NCBI GenBank assembly: GCA_039588915.1
Contig: JBDGYV010000003.1
Location: 5,343-69,342, forward strand
Length of the DNA: 64,000 bases
Origin: Gemmatimonadota bacterium
Lineage (GTDB): Bacteria; Gemmatimonadota; Gemmatimonadetes; JACCXV01; JAHWKZ01
Direction: 5' to 3'
Below the pieces are notes generated by a model. It was given only the letters and a program-made list of their open reading frames with translations, searched no databases and had not been told where the DNA came from. Position numbers and translations under genes: made by a program. Shown in pieces: positions 46,505 through 56,012 of the stretch (within the stretch, counting starts at the first letter, position 1; each line of letters starts with the position of its first letter).

Positions 46505-47503
46505 CTAAAGAAACTTGCCTAGGTACTCGGCCAAGTCGACAAGCCGCGTGGCATACCCCATCTCGTTGTCATACCAAGCCAACACCTTGACCAGCGTCCC
46601 GTCTATCACCGACGTCGACAACGCATCCACGGTCGCCGAATCGGTCGTCGATATGTAGTCGACCGAAACCAAAGGCTCATCGCTGACCGCAAGAACTCCC
46701 GCCAGCCGACCCTTCACGGCCTCGCGGAAAGCGGCGTTAACCTCCTCTGCGTTGGTTGAGCGCTCGACCTCGACAGTCAAATCGACAAGCGACACGTCCG
46801 GGGTCGGAACGCGGATCGCCATTCCGTCTATCTTCCCCGTCAACTCCGGAAGCACCAACGCCGCCGCCTTGGCTGCGCCGGTTGTCGTTGGGATCATCGA
46901 CAGCGCTCCAGCGCGAGCGCGTCGCAAATCTTTGCTTGCTGTATCGAGCATGTTCTGGCTGGCCGTGTAGGCGTGAGTGGTCGTCATCAAGCCATGCACC
47001 CACCCCACCGAGTCCATGATGACCTTGGCCACCGGGGTGACGCAATTGGTCGTGCATGACGCATTCGAAATCACATCGTGGCCGGCCTCGATGAGATCCT
47101 CGTTGACACCCATCACGACCATGATATCGCAGTCCTTGCCCGGCGCCGAGATGATCACCTTCCGCGCGCCAGCTGTCAGATGCATAGCGGCCTTGTCCCG
47201 ATCGCGAAAAAGGCCCGTCGACTCGATTACCACGTCCACCCCCAGCTCACTCCACGGCAACTTGGCTGGATCGGGCTCGGAAACAACTCGGATCACGTCG
47301 TCGCCGACTCGGAGATTGCCGTTCTCGGCGCGCGCATCGACGCCAAGCCGACCATGAACCGAATCGTACTCCAACAAGTGGGCCAGCGTGGTCGCATCGG
47401 TCAGATCGTTGACCGCCACCAGATCGAGATCGCGCTCGGACTGTCGAATTGACCGATACGCGATGCGGCCGATGCGGCCGAACCCGTTGATGGCGAGACG
47501 CAT
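46505..47503 (-). CDS. gap: Glyceraldehyde-3-phosphate dehydrogenase (type I)
   Basis: INGFGRIGR, SNASCTTNC, WYDNE. Confidence 0.98.
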   Translation of the reverse strand: MRLAINGFGRIGRIAYRSIRQSERDLDLVAVNDLTDATTLAHLLEYDSVHGRLGVDARAENGNLRVGDDVIRVVSEPDPAKLPWSELGVDVVIESTGLFRDRDKAAMHLTAGARKVIISAPGKDCDIMVVMGVNEDLIEAGHDVISNASCTTNCVTPVAKVIMDSVGWVHGLMTTTHAYTASQNMLDTASKDLRRARAGALSMIPTTTGAAKAAALVLPELTGKIDGMAIRVPTPDVSLVDLTVEVERSTNAEEVNAAFREAVKGRLAGVLAVSDEPLVSVDYISTTDSATVDALSTSVIDGTLVKVLAWYDNEMGYATRLVDLAEYLGKFL

Positions 47504-47574
47504 CTTGGACCTCCGTGTAAGTGGTAATCGGTAACGACGAAGCGAAACCTAGAAAGGCTTGAACCGGCCGCAAG

Positions 47575-48264
47575 TTATCCGTCATTGCGATCGGTGGCGA
47601 GGGCAAACGTGACGCCGATAACGCGACCGGTGCCACCCGTGATGAGCGCGCTAGCGGCCGCGCGAAGCGTAGCGCCGCTCGTGGCGACGTCGTCGATCAG
47701 TCCAACCGTCGCACTCGTCTCGAGTGAGATACGGTGTGCGAACGCCCCGCTCACGTTGGTAACCCGATCGGCTCGGCCAAGCCCGACCTGCGGTGGTGTC
47801 GTTCGCACCCTTGCCAGAGCATCGACGACCGGCCGGTCGATCCTCGTTGCCAAACGTTCGGCGATCAATCGAGCCTGGTTGAAACCCCGCTCACGGTACC
47901 TGAGCGGGTGGAGTGGCACGGGCACCAGGAGGTCGAGACGACAATCACGGCGCTGGATCTCATCAGCCATCTTCTCGGCACAGATGTCGGCCAGGTGTCG
48001 CCACCCACCGTACTTGATCGCGCGCACGATCGCTTCCGCGACATCCCGATAGCGAACCGCAGCGACCGCTGTGAACCCCGGTGGCCAATCACGACATCGC
48101 CAACAGGCCTCTGTTCGACGGCTCGAGACCACGCCGCAACGATGGCAACCAGAACCATCGACAGGTTCCAGCAGCGACAGACACGGCCCGCACACAGCAG
48201 GACGGGCGGACGTCAGCCGATCGTCACATTGGATGCACCGCGGGGGCAACAACAAATCTGCCAC
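47575..48264 (-). CDS. comF: ComF family protein (double zinc ribbon + PRTase)
   Basis: Four CxxC motifs, VPLH..R..ERGFNQA, IDDVATSGAT. Confidence 0.9.
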   Translation of the reverse strand: MADLLLPPRCIQCDDRLTSARPAVCGPCLSLLEPVDGSGCHRCGVVSSRRTEACWRCRDWPPGFTAVAAVRYRDVAEAIVRAIKYGGWRHLADICAEKMADEIQRRDCRLDLLVPVPLHPLRYRERGFNQARLIAERLATRIDRPVVDALARVRTTPPQVGLGRADRVTNVSGAFAHRISLETSATVGLIDDVATSGATLRAAASALITGGTGRVIGVTFALATDRNDG

Positions 48265-48343
48265 GAGCCCCAGGGCTCCGGCGATGGTGTTGGTCGATGA
48301 GGCGATATCCCCACCTCGAGCGGCAGGGGGGGTTGGCTGGCGC

Positions 48344-48811
48344 CTAGCTGCCCGGCAGGGTCAAGCGGGGGAATTGGGTCGAGAGGGTGGCCAGATACCG
48401 ACTGCGTTCGTCACCGCTCAGGATCGACGCCAGTCTTTCGAGCCAGTGTTCAGCGGCCTCAATACGCTCGGTGAAGTAGTTGGCCGCCACCAACCCCAAA
48501 TACGCGAGACGGATCCCATCGTCTAGCTCGATGGCCCGCTCGAACGCTCCAATCGCGTTCGCATAATCACCGATATGCAGGTACGAGCCCCCCAGAAGGG
48601 CATGCGCGTTACCGTGCAGCGGATCGAGCTCGATGACCCTGCGAAACAGTGGAACTGCATCCGAGTACCGTCCTTCGACATAAAACTCGCCGCCCAACGC
48701 ATACAACGAATCCGCCTCGTCGGTAAAGACGGTTTCGGCACCCGCCACAGGCAACGTGGCAAACAACATGCCGACAGCGAACAGCCCTAACGATGCAATC
48801 CGAACTCGCAC
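48344..48811 (-). CDS. Exported TPR protein
   Basis: Signal peptide followed by about three TPRs. Confidence 0.8.
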   Translation of the reverse strand: MRVRIASLGLFAVGMLFATLPVAGAETVFTDEADSLYALGGEFYVEGRYSDAVPLFRRVIELDPLHGNAHALLGGSYLHIGDYANAIGAFERAIELDDGIRLAYLGLVAANYFTERIEAAEHWLERLASILSGDERSRYLATLSTQFPRLTLPGS

Positions 48812-48895
48812 TGAATCGGTCCTCGATATTAAGAGTTTTGGGGGTTGGATTCTTAGAATCGTAACATTAAAATATAGCTCCTCGTGTTCGATTCG

Positions 48896-49375
48896 TCAAC
48901 CGGTCGACAACCGTCGAAGATGATCCTGAACGAAGCCTTCGAGGCAAACCCGGATCTCGGTGAACGCAATCTCGTAAGCTTTGCGACCCCATCCGATAGG
49001 ATCTCCGACACCATGACCGATCTGTCCGCTGCGGTCGAACTCGGTTATGACACGCACGTCTGCCGTGTCGTCCAGCGCCAGCGCACGAGCCACATGGCCA
49101 TGCGACATGCCAAGCACAATGTCGGCCCATTGAACGAGCTCGACGGTCAATGGTTGCGCTTGGTGATCCGACAAGTCGAGTCCCGCTTCGGCGGCTATCG
49201 CTTGGGATTCTGGATGAGCCGGCCAACCAGGCGTGGCGTGGGTACCCGCCGAGACGACCTCAGCATCGATCCCCGCCTCTTCGGTCAGCTGGCGTAGCAA
49301 GGCCTCGGCTATTGGCGTCCGGCAGGTGTTGCCGGTGCATACGACTAGCACTCGATAAGGACGTGACTCGCTCAC
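48896..49375 (-). CDS. ywlE: Low-molecular-weight protein phosphatase, YwlE-type (phospho-arginine)
   Basis: P-loop CTGNTCRTP with the YwlE-type Thr, DP motif; adjacent to tsaC/sua5. Confidence 0.78.
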   Translation of the reverse strand: MSESRPYRVLVVCTGNTCRTPIAEALLRQLTEEAGIDAEVVSAGTHATPGWPAHPESQAIAAEAGLDLSDHQAQPLTVELVQWADIVLGMSHGHVARALALDDTADVRVITEFDRSGQIGHGVGDPIGWGRKAYEIAFTEIRVCLEGFVQDHLRRLSTG

Positions 49376-49436
49376 GTGGCTAAAGTCGCCCGCCCCCGGT
49401 CGGTCGGCAATACTCCCACAAACAATCCCACCCTTC

Positions 49437-50096
49437 CTACAGCCGAATGTTAGGCCGGATCGCGCGCAGTTCAGCCACCCCGATAGCGCCCTCGCGGACC
49501 AAACGAGGCGGCTCCTCCGTCACATCCACGATCGATGAGGGATCGACGGCGACACGTTCGACCGGGTGTGGTTCCGTCGGCACCAACGCAACCCCGATCG
49601 CAGTGGCTCGGGGTGCCTTCGACAATTGCTGGATAGCGGCCTCTACAGACGTCGATGGCCGTGCGCCCCGGCGATTGGCGCTGGTCGAGAACAGCGGCCC
49701 GCCCCAAGCCTTGACCAACCGCCGCGATGTCGCGTCGACCGCTGGTCGGACCGCCAACTTGTCGTCAACCGTCACTGCAGCAGGTGCACCCTCTCCTGCG
49801 ACCACAACCAAGGTCAGCGGCCCGGGCCACAGCGCCGTAGCCAACTCCTCGGCCGCGGTGCACCACACCGCCGCTGACAACCGCGCAGCGGCGACGTCCT
49901 CGACCAGGCACACGAACGAACGCGGTTTGTCGTAGCCCTTGATTCGCCGCGCGGCATCTACAGCTCCGGTGTGGTACGGATCGCCGCTGAGGCTGATCAC
50001 CGTCTCCGTCGGGTGGATGACAAGCCGTCCCTTGGCCAGCACCCGTTTCGCAATCGCTATGCCTTCGTCGTTGGCCGGTTTGAGCGGAATCTTCAC
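49437..50096 (-). CDS. tsaC: L-threonylcarbamoyladenylate synthase (TsaC/Sua5 YrdC domain)
   Basis: PTETV, WPGPLTLV, STSAN, S.IVD, REGAI. Confidence 0.85.
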   Translation of the reverse strand: MKIPLKPANDEGIAIAKRVLAKGRLVIHPTETVISLSGDPYHTGAVDAARRIKGYDKPRSFVCLVEDVAAARLSAAVWCTAAEELATALWPGPLTLVVVAGEGAPAAVTVDDKLAVRPAVDATSRRLVKAWGGPLFSTSANRRGARPSTSVEAAIQQLSKAPRATAIGVALVPTEPHPVERVAVDPSSIVDVTEEPPRLVREGAIGVAELRAIRPNIRL

Positions 50097-50108
50097 GCGA
50101 TCGAGGAC

Positions 50109-51566
50109 CTAGACGCGAACGTCGCCTGTCATCTCAAGCTTACCTGGATACGATTCGAGCCGCGGGTGGACGATCTCCCGGACAAACCGCCGCGTTTGCT
50201 CCGGGGCACGTCCCACCAGCACTGCCGGGTCGGAAGCCGCATCCCACACTGCCGACGGCAGCTCAGCGAAGCCCTCTTCGCTCGCCAATCGCGTCAGCAG
50301 GTCTTTCCCACCCCCAGCGGTTGCTTGCTCGGCCGCCTCGCGGGCGCGAACCCGCACTCGTTCGTGAAGCGCCTGCCGATCGCCGCCCGCTGCGACCGCC
50401 GCCATCAGAAGGTTCTCACTCGCCATCGCGGGCAGCTCATCGGCCAAGTGTCGAGCGATTGCCGCCTCCGAGACCTCGAGGCCATTGGCGACACTGTGGC
50501 AGAGAACCAACAACGCATCGATCGTCAGAAACAACTCCGGCATCGCGATCCGCTTGTTGGCTGAGTCATCAAGAGATCGCTCGAGCCATTGGGTCGCCGC
50601 TGTATGAGCAAAATTCGATCCGGTCTGAATGGCCAACCGTGCCAACCCACCGATGCGTTCAGCTCGGACTGGATTTCGCTTGTACGCCATGGCCGATGAT
50701 CCGACCTGTCGCTCGCCAAACGGCTCAAAGACCTCGCCGAGATGCTGCAGCAGTCGAAGATCATAGCTGAACTTGCTGGCGGATTGAGCGATACCGGCTA
50801 GCGTGGCCGACCACGCAGCGTCAACTCGTCTAGAATATGTCTGGCCGGTGATCGGGAACGCGGCCGCTGCGCCCAGCTTCTTGATGATCGAATCTTCCAG
50901 GGCGTCGACTTTGTCAGGATCGCCACCGGTCAACGCCATGAACGACGCTTGAGTTCCCGTCGTTCCCTTGATTCCCCGAAGCTGAAAGCCGCCCAATCGA
51001 TACTCTATCTCGTCCAGATCGAACATGAGGTCGGCGATCCACATGCACGCACGCTTCCCTACGGTCGTCGGCTGAGCAGGTTGGAAGTGAGTCCACGCTA
51101 GCGTGGGTAGATCGGCATGGGCTTCGGCGAACTCAGTCAATGCTTTGACGACACATAGCGTCTTTCGCTCGACAACGCGCAGCGCTTCGCGCATGATCAA
51201 CAAGTCACCATTGTCGACTACGAAAGCGCTGGTCGCCCCTAGGTGCACGATACCCGCCGCCGCCGGTGCTACCTCCCCGTAGGCGCGTACGTGCGCCATG
51301 ACGTCGTGCCGTAACTCCCGTTCGAGCTCGTCTGCGCGATCGAAATCGATGTGATCGACTGCTCCCTTGAGCGCCGCGACCTGCTCGAACGTCACACCCC
51401 CCACCTCGAGCTCGGCCTGGGACTCAGCCAGTGCGATCCAAATCTGTCGCCAGGTCTGAACCCGCAGGTGGGCAGAAAACAATGCCGCCATCTCGTGACT
51501 GGCGTACCGTTCGAGGAGTGGGTGCTCGAAGCGGGCTCGGTGATCCTGCGGCGAGGGACCGCTCAA
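50109..51566 (-). CDS. purB: Adenylosuccinate lyase
   Basis: RHDVMAH, HLGATS, THFQPAQ, GSSAMAYKRNP. Confidence 0.96.
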   Translation of the reverse strand: MSGPSPQDHRARFEHPLLERYASHEMAALFSAHLRVQTWRQIWIALAESQAELEVGGVTFEQVAALKGAVDHIDFDRADELERELRHDVMAHVRAYGEVAPAAAGIVHLGATSAFVVDNGDLLIMREALRVVERKTLCVVKALTEFAEAHADLPTLAWTHFQPAQPTTVGKRACMWIADLMFDLDEIEYRLGGFQLRGIKGTTGTQASFMALTGGDPDKVDALEDSIIKKLGAAAAFPITGQTYSRRVDAAWSATLAGIAQSASKFSYDLRLLQHLGEVFEPFGERQVGSSAMAYKRNPVRAERIGGLARLAIQTGSNFAHTAATQWLERSLDDSANKRIAMPELFLTIDALLVLCHSVANGLEVSEAAIARHLADELPAMASENLLMAAVAAGGDRQALHERVRVRAREAAEQATAGGGKDLLTRLASEEGFAELPSAVWDAASDPAVLVGRAPEQTRRFVREIVHPRLESYPGKLEMTGDVRV

Positions 51567-52009
51567 GCGCCCGACGGGGTAGAGGCTCGACCGAGGATCC
51601 TCAACGCCAGGTGGGCAGCGTTCGCCCCGCTGTCGATCCCCACCGTGGCGACCGGCACGCCGGGCGGCATCATGGCGATTGCCAATAGGGCGTCGACACC
51701 GCGCAGCGGCCCGGCACCGACCGGTAGCCCGATCACCGGCAATGTCGTATGCGCGGCGACCACACCTGGTAGCGCCGCCGCCAAACCCGCCGCCGCGATG
51801 ACCACTCGAAAACCGTCTTCGGCGGCACGGCTGGCCAGCTCGGCCACACGGTCCGGATTGCGATGCGCTGACGCGATCTCGAACCGGTACGCCACGTTCG
51901 CCGCCTGCAGAACCTTCTCTGCTTTAGCTACGACATCACGATCCGAGTTCGATCCGGCCAAGATCAAGACTTCGGGTTCCTCAGAGCTCATCTGGTTGGC
52001 GATCGACAT
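51563..52009 (-). CDS. purE: N5-CAIR mutase / AIR carboxylase
   Basis: GSNSD, SAHR, AGLAAALPG, PVIG, MPPGVPVATV. Confidence 0.94.
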   Translation of the reverse strand: MSIANQMSSEEPEVLILAGSNSDRDVVAKAEKVLQAANVAYRFEIASAHRNPDRVAELASRAAEDGFRVVIAAAGLAAALPGVVAAHTTLPVIGLPVGAGPLRGVDALLAIAMMPPGVPVATVGIDSGANAAHLALRILGRASTPSGA

Positions 52010-52902
52010 CACTCGATCCATTCATGAAAGTCGTCTCCAATGACGCCGCGCTGCTTGTACCGCAACATGGAGTCCTGACAGGAACAGGCAAACGGCGTGT
52101 CGGGAATGACGTCAAGCAAATTCCAAGTGATTTCCGGGATCCGGTTGACCGCTTTGTCTGACCGCCGGCGGCGCTCAGCATCATCCATCTGGGCCACTCC
52201 CCCGGCGAACGACGTGATATACGCGATAGGGTGGTAGCAAATCTCCAGCTCCCGCGCCAAGAAGGCTTCCGGTGCCAGCGTCATTCCAACCAACTCCGCT
52301 CCAAGTTGACGCAGCATCTTGATCTCAGCCGAGGTCTCGAACCGTGGGCCTTCTGACACCGCGTATACGACTCCGGTCGTTACCGGTTCACCGTCTTCGC
52401 TGAGCACACTTCGAACGGCGTTTTCCAGGGTTGGACAAAAGACCGGCTCCTGCCTCAGCAAACCGATGCCCTTGCTCTCAAAGAACGTCCCCGAGCGGTT
52501 TCGCGTCATGTCGAGCAAATCGCCTGGAAGCACGAAGTCTCCAACCTCCATGTCCGGAGAAAGCGATCCTGGACCCGTCCAGGCGATGATCCGGCGTACG
52601 CCCAGCTCCTTCAGCGCCCACACATTGGCGCGATAGTTCACAAACGGTGCCGACACCCGATACTGTCCCTCCCCGTGCCGGGGTAGCACGTAAAACCGCC
52701 GGCCCTGATGCTCCATGAACAGAATCGGCATCGAGCATCCAAACGGGGTTTCCTTGACCAACATGTCGGTGATCGTTCCCAAACGCTGGCGAGCAAGCCG
52801 GTACACCTTTCCGCCGGCGATGAACGCAATCTCGCTGTGGCGCTCTTCGTATGCGCGGGAAAGCAGTTGCGGAAAAGCGTCGGGCTTTGACTCGGATGTC
52901 AC
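52009..52902 (-). CDS. MTAP-family purine nucleoside phosphorylase (divergent)
   Basis: PRHG, VNYRAN.WALK, EGPRFET.AE, VGMT, EAFLARELEI. Confidence 0.88.
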   Translation of the reverse strand: MTSESKPDAFPQLLSRAYEERHSEIAFIAGGKVYRLARQRLGTITDMLVKETPFGCSMPILFMEHQGRRFYVLPRHGEGQYRVSAPFVNYRANVWALKELGVRRIIAWTGPGSLSPDMEVGDFVLPGDLLDMTRNRSGTFFESKGIGLLRQEPVFCPTLENAVRSVLSEDGEPVTTGVVYAVSEGPRFETSAEIKMLRQLGAELVGMTLAPEAFLARELEICYHPIAYITSFAGGVAQMDDAERRRRSDKAVNRIPEITWNLLDVIPDTPFACSCQDSMLRYKQRGVIGDDFHEWIE

Positions 52903-52908
52903 ACGACG

Positions 52909-53700
52909 TCAGTTGCGCGATGGGCGGCGACCCGGAACACTGGCCTCGACTCCAGCCAGTCGGTCGAGCGCGTCAAGCGCTGCCTCCTTTTCAGCTTCCT
53001 TTTTTGTACGACCCCAACCGGAGCCCAACGGCTCCCCCTCGAGCCAAACCTGGCATCGGAAGTTGATGTCGGCGCGATCGCTGCCTGGAGCGGCTTGGGC
53101 GCGGCTGGTGCGGTAGGTCAACTGGCCCCGGCCGAGCTCGTGGATCATCTCCTGGAGCCGATTTTTGGCCGTATGGAAACCGCCTTCGAACTCAATGTCT
53201 CGGGATAGGATGCTCTGTCCGATGAACCGCTTGGCGACCTCGAAGCCGCCATCAAGGTAAAGGGCCCCGATCACCGCCTCCAGCGAATCCGCCGCGATCT
53301 TCCGTCGCCCCCCGCCCGCCAACAAGTTCTGATCGTCGCCGGTCTGAACGCAGTCCGGTAGTCCCATCGCCTCGGAAGCTCGCGCCAAGAATCGCCTCGA
53401 GATGATGTGCGCACGTTGCTGCGACAGCATCCCTTCCTGAGCCTCTGGGTAACGTGCGAACAGCCACTCGCTAACGACCAAGTTCAACACCGAGTCACCG
53501 AGAAACTCCAACCGCTCGTACGACTCCCCACGACTGTCCGTAGTCAGCAGAAACGATGGATGTGTGGTAGCCCGACCCAATAGCTCCCGATCCCGAAACT
53601 CATGGTCGAGCACATACTCGAGCAGATGGAGCCGGTCCTCGCGCTGCTTCGACCGAGCGAGACCGCCCAGGAGTCGACGGATCCGGCCGCGCAGTCTCAC
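52909..53700 (-). CDS. rnc: Ribonuclease III
   Basis: ERLEFLGDSVL, ADSLEAVIGA, dsRBD G.TKKEAE..AA. Confidence 0.96.
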   Translation of the reverse strand: MRLRGRIRRLLGGLARSKQREDRLHLLEYVLDHEFRDRELLGRATTHPSFLLTTDSRGESYERLEFLGDSVLNLVVSEWLFARYPEAQEGMLSQQRAHIISRRFLARASEAMGLPDCVQTGDDQNLLAGGGRRKIAADSLEAVIGALYLDGGFEVAKRFIGQSILSRDIEFEGGFHTAKNRLQEMIHELGRGQLTYRTSRAQAAPGSDRADINFRCQVWLEGEPLGSGWGRTKKEAEKEAALDALDRLAGVEASVPGRRPSRN

Positions 53701-53703
53701 GTG

Positions 53704-54945
53704 CTATTCCTCGAACTGCTTGAGAGCGAGAGTCGCGTTGTGACCTCCGAAGCCAAACGAGTTGGTCAACGCCCCGACGACGTTCGCTTGGCGCATCTCA
53801 TTGGGGACGTAGTCAAGATCACACTCCGGGTCTGGAACCTCATAGTTGATCGTTGGAGGTACCTTACCAGTTGCCAGCACCATGGCGGTTACTACAAACT
53901 CGAGCCCTCCCGCCCCACCGAGAAGATGCCCTGTCATCGATTTTGTCGAACCCACCATGATCTTGCTGGCATGGTCGCCAAACACCGTCTTGATGGCTTG
54001 CGTTTCGTAGGCATCATTGAGTGAAGTCGACGTGCCGTGAGCGTTGATGTAGCCGATGTCAGCGAGCTCCACGCCGGCCTCGTCTATCGCTCGCTGCATC
54101 GCCCGCGCCGCCCCTTCACCCTGCGGCGCCGGTGCGGTTATGTGGTACGCGTCGGCAGTCATACCCACACCAACGACCTCGGCATAGATCCGAGCCCCGC
54201 GATCGCGGGCGTGATCCGACTCTTCGAGGATCGCCATCCCGGCGCCTTCACCAAGAACGAACCCGTCCCGTCCTGCATCGAACGGCCGGCAGGCGCGCTC
54301 GGGCTCGTCGTTCCGTGTTGACATCGCCTTCATGGCCGCAAACCCACCGATCGACATCTCGGTCACCGCAGCCTCAGTGCCGCCCGCAATCATGACCTCG
54401 GCGTCACCGTGTTTGATGAGACGAAAAGCGTCACCGATCGCGTGCGCACTGGATGCACACGCCGAGACAGTACAGTAGTTCGGCCCCTTGGCCCCACAAC
54501 GCATCGAGACGACGCCACTCGCCATATCCGGGATCATCATCGGGATGTAGAACGGGCTTATTCTCGATGGACCACCCTTGAGGTAGCGACGGTTCTGAAT
54601 CTCATGAGTCGCAATTCCCCCGATGCCCGACCCAATGATCACGCCGACCCGTGTCTGATCTTCGCTGTCCATGTCGACGCCGCTGTCAGCCAACGCCATG
54701 TCGGACGCAGCAACCGCTAGCTGGGTGAACAGATCTTGCCGGCGAACCTCTTTCTTGACGATGTACGCCTCCGGATCAAAATCCCGGACCTCGGCTGCTA
54801 TCTGGGTCGCGAACCCGTCTGGGTCAAACCGGGTGATGCGACGCACCCCACCCTGACCCTGCAAGAGTGCCTCCCACGACGATTCCAGGTCTTTGCCCAG
54901 CGCCGTGACGAGCCCCATTCCGGTGACGACCACACGGCGTCCCAT
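53704..54945 (-). CDS. fabF: 3-oxoacyl-ACP synthase II
   Basis: SACASS, NAHGTST, KSMTGHLLG, NSFGFGG. Confidence 0.97.
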   Translation of the reverse strand: MGRRVVVTGMGLVTALGKDLESSWEALLQGQGGVRRITRFDPDGFATQIAAEVRDFDPEAYIVKKEVRRQDLFTQLAVAASDMALADSGVDMDSEDQTRVGVIIGSGIGGIATHEIQNRRYLKGGPSRISPFYIPMMIPDMASGVVSMRCGAKGPNYCTVSACASSAHAIGDAFRLIKHGDAEVMIAGGTEAAVTEMSIGGFAAMKAMSTRNDEPERACRPFDAGRDGFVLGEGAGMAILEESDHARDRGARIYAEVVGVGMTADAYHITAPAPQGEGAARAMQRAIDEAGVELADIGYINAHGTSTSLNDAYETQAIKTVFGDHASKIMVGSTKSMTGHLLGGAGGLEFVVTAMVLATGKVPPTINYEVPDPECDLDYVPNEMRQANVVGALTNSFGFGGHNATLALKQFEE

Positions 54946-54979
54946 CAGGATACGGTGTCTCGATCTAGGGTGAGGTTTG

Positions 54980-55216
54980 CTACTCTTCGGTCTTTTTCTT
55001 CAAGTACGAAGTCGCTTCGCCAACGGTGGTGAGCTTTTCTGCATCTTCATCTGGAATCTCGATGTCGAACTCCTCCTCGAATGCCATTACCAGCTCGACG
55101 GTGTCAAGCGAGTCGGCGCCGAGATCTTCGACAAACGACGCATCGGGACTCACCTTCTCTCCGTCCACACCGAGGTTCTCAACGATTATCTCTTTCACCC
55201 GTCCCTCGACCGACAT
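54980..55216 (-). CDS. acpP: Acyl carrier protein
   Basis: [20 protein letters not shown]. Confidence 0.98.
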   Translation of the reverse strand: MSVEGRVKEIIVENLGVDGEKVSPDASFVEDLGADSLDTVELVMAFEEEFDIEIPDEDAEKLTTVGEATSYLKKKTEE

Positions 55217-55271
55217 TCAATTTCCTCCCTATACCAGGTTGATCAACTGCTTCAAAAAGAAGAGAGCGGTC

Positions 55272-56012
55272 TCAGCGTGTTAGACCTCCATCCACGCAGA
55301 TAACCTGGCCGGTAATATAGTCGCTCATCGGCGACGCGAGGAACAGCGCCAGATTAGCTACATCGTCAGGTGAGCCCAGCCGGCCCAGCGGGACCCGGCC
55401 GAGAAACCCCTGTCGAGCCTCGTCACCGAGGGCTGCGGTCATTTCGGTCTCGATAAAGCCCGGTGCGATGACGTTCACGGTCACGTTTCGGGATGCCAGC
55501 TCCTCGGCTAGTGACTTCGAGAATCCGATCAGTCCAGCCTTGGAGGCTGCGTAATTGGACTGGCCAGCGTTCCCCGTGACACCAACGATAGACGCAATGT
55601 TGATGATACGCCCCTCTTTCTGACGTATCATCCGCTTGGCCGCCAATTTGCACCAGTTATACGCGCCGTAAAGATTGGTCTCGAGCACGCTCCGCCACTC
55701 GTCGGGTTTCATCCTGAGCAACAGATTGTCGCGAGTTATGCCGGCGTTATTGACCAGCACATCGAGCCGGCCAAACTCATCCTGGTATGTGCCCCAGGCG
55801 TGCTCGACCTGCTCCAGATCAGCCACGTCACCGAGGAGTTCCAGGCTCGCCACACCCTTCTGCCTCAGCGCAGTAACGGTTGTAGCCACGGTGTCCGCAT
55901 TGCGCGCGAAGATCGCCACATCGGCGCCAGCCTCCGCCAAACCTTCGGCGATGGCGCGACCGATCCCCCGATTGCCACCGGTGACCAGGGCCTTTCTACC
56001 GCTCAGATCTAT
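55272..56012 (-). CDS. fabG: 3-oxoacyl-ACP reductase (start probably non-canonical: ATA 56012 or ATC 56030)
   Basis: NNAGITRD, NYAASK. The Rossmann motif DLSGRKALVTGGNRGIG lies in frame upstream of the first canonical start (TTG 55940). Confidence 0.93.
   Translation of the reverse strand: MDLSGRKALVTGGNRGIGRAIAEGLAEAGADVAIFARNADTVATTVTALRQKGVASLELLGDVADLEQVEHAWGTYQDEFGRLDVLVNNAGITRDNLLLRMKPDEWRSVLETNLYGAYNWCKLAAKRMIRQKEGRIINIASIVGVTGNAGQSNYAASKAGLIGFSKSLAEELASRNVTVNVIAPGFIETEMTAALGDEARQGFLGRVPLGRLGSPDDVANLALFLASPMSDYITGQVICVDGGLTR

Noticed and set aside
48264-48317. Possible ATC start of comF at 48306 after GAGGTG
   Set aside because: The canonical GTG at 48264 already includes all conserved motifs, so the extension is not required.
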